Positions 33,408 to 38,562 of a stretch of DNA of 38,562 bases are shown one piece after another (the first letter of the stretch is position 1; every line of letters begins with the position of its first letter). The stretch lies in NCBI RefSeq assembly GCF_001194135.2, contig NC_068997.1, positions 16,068,051 through 16,106,612 on the forward strand. Reading direction: 5' to 3'. The position numbers and the translations under genes were made by a program. The notes under the pieces are model-generated. The model had not been told where the DNA came from, searched no databases, and saw only the letters and a program-made list of their open reading frames with translations. This DNA comes from Octopus bimaculoides. Its lineage: Eukaryota.

Positions 33408-34657
33408 TTGGGTCGTCCCATAAATAATGCGGTTTTTTCAATTGCATGAAATAAAAGTCGGATGGGAATAGGATAAACTACCTGCATCAACTTGCTATAA
33501 AAGCAGGTAGTAATTTTACCTTGTACTTATTCTTAGTGCAAGTTTTGAAGAGTGCAGTTCGATTTTAACAGTTATTTTTTCACAGCTATAATGGAAGTGA
33601 CAAAGGAGCATATTCGGCATATTTTGCTTCATGAGTCCAATAAAGGCAGCAACGCAACGGAAAGTTTGTGGAATATTAATGCAGTATATGGGGATCGGAC
33701 AAAAAGCGTAAGCCAGTGTCAACGCTGGTTCCAGAAACTCCGAACCGGAAACTACAGCCTAGAAGACGAGACACGTCCTGAACGATCTGTAGAGCTCGAC
33801 GAGGACGTCCTGTAAACTCTGGTGAAACAAAATTCCATCGTAACTTTTGAAGAACTAGCAGAGAAGCTTGGATTTAGTTATTCAACCATTCATCGATACT
33901 TGCGTGCCATCGGGAAAATCAGAAATTTAGGTCAATGGGTTCCTCACAAACTTTTCAAGTCTAATCGCGCGCAGAGAGTGAATGTGTGTTCCTTTTTGTT
34001 GTCACGTCTCACGAATGAACCTTTTTTTTGGACCAAATAGTGATTGGTGACGAGAAATGGTTTCTCTGTAAAAATATCAAGCGTCGAAGACAGTGGGTAG
34101 GGAAAAGAGAAACACCGGCATTCCAGGCTACCTACGTAAGGTGTTGTTATCTGTTTGGTGGGATACGAAAGGTTTGGTCCACTTTTAAACCCAAACCAAA
34201 CGATAACAAAGGAGATGAACCGAGAGCAGCTCGAGCGGCATAAATCAGCGTTAGAAGAAAAACGACCATCTTTGGTTTCAATACGAATGCTCGGCCAGAT
34301 ACAGCGAGGTTGACATTCCAGAAGTTGGAGCAGTTTGGATGAGAAACGACGCCCCGCCTCCCATATTCATCGGACATTGCCCCATCTGGTTATCATTTAT
34401 TCTGCTGTCTTCAAAATCATTTGGATGGAAAAAATATGAATTCTGTAGACGAGGCCAGAACAATACTGGATGAGTATTTTTCATCACGGACAAGTGAATT
34501 ATAGAAAAGGGGTCCTTGCAAGTCTGCCTGAGCGATGGAAGAGAATTGTAGAAAATGAAGGAGAGTATATTTTGGATAAAAAAAAATGAACTTTGCTGAT
34601 CTTAATTTTGAAAAAGAAAAGAAGTTAAAAAAACCGCATTATTTAAGGGATGACCTA
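33408..34657 (+). mobile_element. Full-length inactive mariner transposon (about 1.25 kb)
   Basis: About 30-bp TIRs TTGGGTCGTCCCATAAATAATGCGGTTTTT / AAAAACCGCATTATTTAAGGGATGACCTA, TA-rich flanks, internal transposase relic. Confidence 0.96.
33591..34579 (+). pseudogene. mariner (DD34D-type) transposase pseudogene
   Basis: MEVTKEHIRHILL..AVYGD..QCQRWFQK; WVPHKL; IVIGDEKW; RKVLLSVWWDTKG; NARP; PYSSDIAPSGYHLF; RW..IVENEGEYILD. Stop at 33813-33815, extra T in the run at 34022-34029, short deletions (one removes the second catalytic D), third D changed to G. Confidence 0.95.
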
Positions 34658-34776
34658 TATATATATATATNNNNNNNNNNNNNNNNNNNNNNNNNNNNNN
34701 NNNNNNNNNNNNNNNNNNNNNNNNNNNNNNNNNNNNNNNNNNNNNNNNNNNNNNNNNNNNNNNNNNNNNNNNNNNN

Positions 34777-34844
<68 letters not shown>

Positions 34845-34998
34845 GTGTGTTCGTAAGCTCATATAGTTCAAGTGAATGCTACACAATTTACGATCGGATT
34901 TATATACATACAAATGTACATACGTACAGAAATGCAGGACAGATACACATATATACATACAAACATACTTACATCCACATATACACATATACGAAAAA

Positions 34999-35030
<32 letters not shown>

Positions 35031-35531
35031 CTATATGTATGTATCTATGTATGTACATACGTATACATACATTTTTATTTATGCATATATATCTATATCT
35101 ATGTTTATAAACACACAAAATTTTTAACCTTGTGGTATACATTTGAGAGAATACATACATGTTTGGAATACATACATATGTGTTATGTGTGTGTGTCTGT
35201 GTGTGTGTGTGTGTGTGAACATCGTTGAGGCCATGTACTTGGACCCATGTGAAACGCTACTCAAGCACTACCGGAACGCCGACGGATCTTTACTGCACGT
35301 TGTCTTAGCATAACGTGGCTATGGATTTTACCAATGAATGTCTTACCGTGGAGTTTACCATTGACTTATACCGCTGGATTATACCTGTAAAACTTTTCTG
35401 TGGAATTTACCATCGAACAGCTGTTTCCGTAATCGAGCACCAACCATCCACCATCCGGAATGTTTTCCGTTGCAAAAAGTTTGGCGTCAATCACACGGAA
35501 CGAAGTTATTTAGGGCTCATATATGTGTATA

Positions 35532-35579
<48 letters not shown>

Positions 35580-35789
35580 TACACACACAAGCACACACAA
35601 CACACATATGTGCTCACAGGCATGCACACACCCACATACAAACACACATGTATAAAGGTGTACATACATATATATATACAGAGCGACATATTGATATAGG
35701 AATTTCTATGTAATTGTGTAGATATCTATATGTAAATCCTTATATACGTGCCTGTATGCATACCTGTACGTATATATGCATATACTCAT

Positions 35790-35845
35790 TTACTATTTGT
35801 TTATATATATATATATATATATATATAGATAGATAGATACATACA

Positions 35846-35877
<32 letters not shown>

Positions 35878-36026
35878 GATAGATACATACATATATGTAT
35901 ATATATATATATATATAGATAGATAGATACATATGTATATATAAATAGANNNNNNNNNNNNNNNNNNNNNNNNNNNNNNNNNNNNNNNNNNNNNNNNNNN
36001 NNNNNNNNNNNNNNNNNNNNNNNNNN

Positions 36027-36061
<35 letters not shown>

Positions 36062-36163
36062 TAGATAGATACATATGTATATATAAATAGATATATATGT
36101 ATGTATGTATATATATGTCTCTCTGTCTCTCTTTTTCTCTCTCTCTCTCTCTATATATATATA

Positions 36164-36209
<46 letters not shown>

Positions 36210-36230
36210 AGTATATGTGTGTGTGTGTAC
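35790..36230. repeat. Compound (TA)n/(TAGA)n/(TACA)n/(TC)n block spanning a gap
   Basis: Read directly. Confidence 0.9.
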
Positions 36231-36942
36231 AATCGCATGTTTTCATATCTAGTGATATATGGGAAAATATCAATACCAACCTGAAGAATTACTTTGTTTA
36301 TTTAGTAGAGAGCATATTTATNNNNNNNNNNNNNNNNNNNNNNNNNNNNNNNNNNNNNNNNNNNNNNNNNNNNNNNNNNNNNNNNNNNNNNNNNNNNNNN
36401 NNNNNNNNNNNNNNNNNNNNNNNNNNNNNNNNNNNNNNNNNNNNNNNNNNNNNNNNNNNNNNNNNNNNNNNNNNNNNNNNNNNNNNNNNNNNNNNNNNNN
36501 NNNNNNNNNNNNNNNNNNNNNNNNNNNNNNNNNNNNNNNNNNNNNNNNNNNNNNNNNNNNNNNNNNNNNNNNNNNNNNNNNNNNNNNNNNNNNNNNNNNN
36601 NNNNNNNNNNNNNNNNNNNNNNNNNNNNNNNNNNNNNNNNNNNNNNNNNNNNNNNNNNNNNNNNNNNNNNNNNNNNNNNNNNNNNNNNNNNNNNNNNNNN
36701 NNNNNNNNNNNNNNNNNNNNNNNNNNNNNNNNNNNNNNNNNNNNNNNNNNNNNNNNNNNNNNNNNNNNNNNNNNNNNNNNNNNNNNNNNNNNNNNNTATA
36801 TATATATATATATATATATATATAATGTATTTGGCGGTTAATTTTAATCTTCACATATGACATTTCTTGATATAAAATGTGTAACCTACGAAGATTCCTA
36901 GTATATGTATATATTATATATGTGTGTGTGTATGAGTGTGCG

Positions 36943-36979
<37 letters not shown>

Positions 36980-37227
36980 GTACGTATGTATGTATGTATG
37001 TATTTGTGTATGGCTGTGTATATATATATACACATATCTGTGTGTGTTCGTGGGTGTAGCGGATATTGGCATTCAAATCTTGTTAGACGAATCTAATGTA
37101 TACCGTTTTGTTCTTACTCTGCCATTTTTGATATATATATATCCACTGTTTTATTGCGTAAATTAATATCTATCTATCGATATTCATCAATCTATCGATC
37201 GTTGGATCTCTCTGTCTGTACATCTGT

Positions 37228-37241
37228 ATTTGGTCTCACTA

Positions 37242-37292
<51 letters not shown>

Positions 37293-37421
37293 TTCACTCT
37301 CCCTCTCTCTATCACTCTTTCTCTCTCTCCCTCTCTCGTTAATTGCTCCCTTTCATTCACTTTCTTTTCTACGAGATATATATTATATATCAAAGTATAC
37401 CTTGGAGGCTACATATTTCTT

Positions 37422-37492
<71 letters not shown>
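37228..37492. repeat. (CT)n and (CA)n microsatellites
   Basis: Read directly. Confidence 0.9.
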
Positions 37493-37493
<1 letters not shown>

Positions 37494-37606
37494 NNNNNNN
37501 NNNNNNNNNNNNNNNNNNNNNNNNNNNNNNNNNNNNNNNNNNNNNNNNNNNNNNNNNNNNNNNNNNNNNNNNNNNNNNNNNNNNNNNNNNNNNNNNNNNN
37601 NNNNNN

Positions 37607-37645
<39 letters not shown>

Positions 37646-37734
37646 GTAGATATAATTTCATATATATGGGTATATATATTTGTATCTATCTATCAATGCA
37701 TCTATATATATATATATATTTATATATATAGATG

Positions 37735-37920
37735 CCTGTAGTTCAAAGGGTCAGCCTTGTCACACTGTTTCACGCTGAATATCCCCGAGAACTATGTTAA
37801 GGGTACACGTGTCTGTGGAGTGCTCAGCCACTTCCACGTTAATTTCACGAGCAGGCTGTTCCGTTGATCGGATCAACTGGAACCCTCGACGTCGCAAGCG
37901 ACGGAGTGCCAACAACAACA
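37735..37920 (+). mobile_element. Family B tail only (5'-truncated SINE, or the 3' end of its partner LINE)
   Basis: Colinear with 7970-8143; ends in (AAC)n. Confidence 0.88.
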
Positions 37921-37984
37921 ATACATATATATATATATATATATATACTCGAGTGTGTGTGTATGTGTGTGCGCGCCTTTGTGC

Positions 37985-38275
37985 ATGTGTTTGACAGCCA
38001 CTACCACTTGGCAACCGTTTTTAGTGTCTACGTCCTTGTAATTTGGCAGTTCGGCAAAAGAGATGGACAGAATTAGTATCACGCTTCACGGAAACCCGTC
38101 GTATATATGTATATATATATGCAAGCATGTATGTATGTATGCATGACAACCGTTGTTGGTTTCTTTATGGCCCCCGTAACCTAGCGGTTCGACAAAATAA
38201 GCGATAGAATTCTTGAAGGCGTTGCTCCAGTATGTTTGCAGTCTACTGATTGAATCAAGTAAAAGATAAAAGATA
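37985..38275 (+). mobile_element. Two adjacent degenerate family A 3' fragments
   Basis: CTTGGCAACCG..GTTCGGCAAAAGAGA; then CCCGTCGTATATATG..CCCGTAACCTAGCGGTTCG..CAAGTAAAAGATAAAAGA. Confidence 0.7.
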
Positions 38276-38288
38276 AATCAAACATATA

Positions 38289-38326
<38 letters not shown>

Positions 38327-38331
<5 letters not shown>

Positions 38332-38545
38332 TCTTTTACGTATTCCAGTCATTGGATAGCTGCCGTGCTTTGTTATTGCACTGAAGTGTTCAGACGAGCA
38401 AATCGACCCTAGCGCTTATTTTGTGAAGTTTGATATACCTGTTCTGTCAATCACTTTTGGCCGAACCGCTAAGTTGTTGAGAAGTATAAAAGAGAACCTT
38501 TACTGATTGTCAAGTGCTTGTAGGAGACAAACACAAAAGGAGGCA
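38327..38545 (-). mobile_element. Degenerate family A 3' half
   Basis: GAGCAAATCGACCC..TTTTGGCCGAACCGCTAAGTT..GATTGTCAAG..GACAAACACA. Confidence 0.7.
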
Positions 38546-38562
38546 CAATGGCACTTACTCAC

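Overview
Eukaryotic, AT-rich, microsatellite-saturated non-coding DNA from a gapped scaffold (15 N-gaps, about 3.6 kb in total, nearly all bordered by simple repeats). The repeat repertoire looks to me like an octopus (coleoid cephalopod) genome. That is recognition from memory, not a database result. No intact protein-coding gene is recognisable, and almost all ORF-track entries are translations of microsatellites or N-runs. The window holds: (i) more than 20 copies or fragments of at least five tRNA-derived SINE families, which I label A-E; (ii) one full-length but dead mariner (33408-34657); (iii) two 5'-truncated R4/Dong-type RLE retrotransposon copies, both abutting (TACA)n tracts; (iv) several MITEs (hAT/Charlie-like, three Tigger-like, one Tc1/mariner-like, one 87-bp element); (v) a Penelope-type minimal hammerhead ribozyme motif, plus a 215-bp inverted-repeat element with a degenerate hammerhead-like core; (vi) a compound minisatellite, two unexplained hairpins and a few minus-strand exon-like segments of uncertain reality. 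The most promising leads are possible (TACA)n targeting by the Dong-like element, the ribozyme-bearing elements, a SINE with an internal microsatellite, and closely spaced inverted SINE pairs as potential A-to-I editing substrates.
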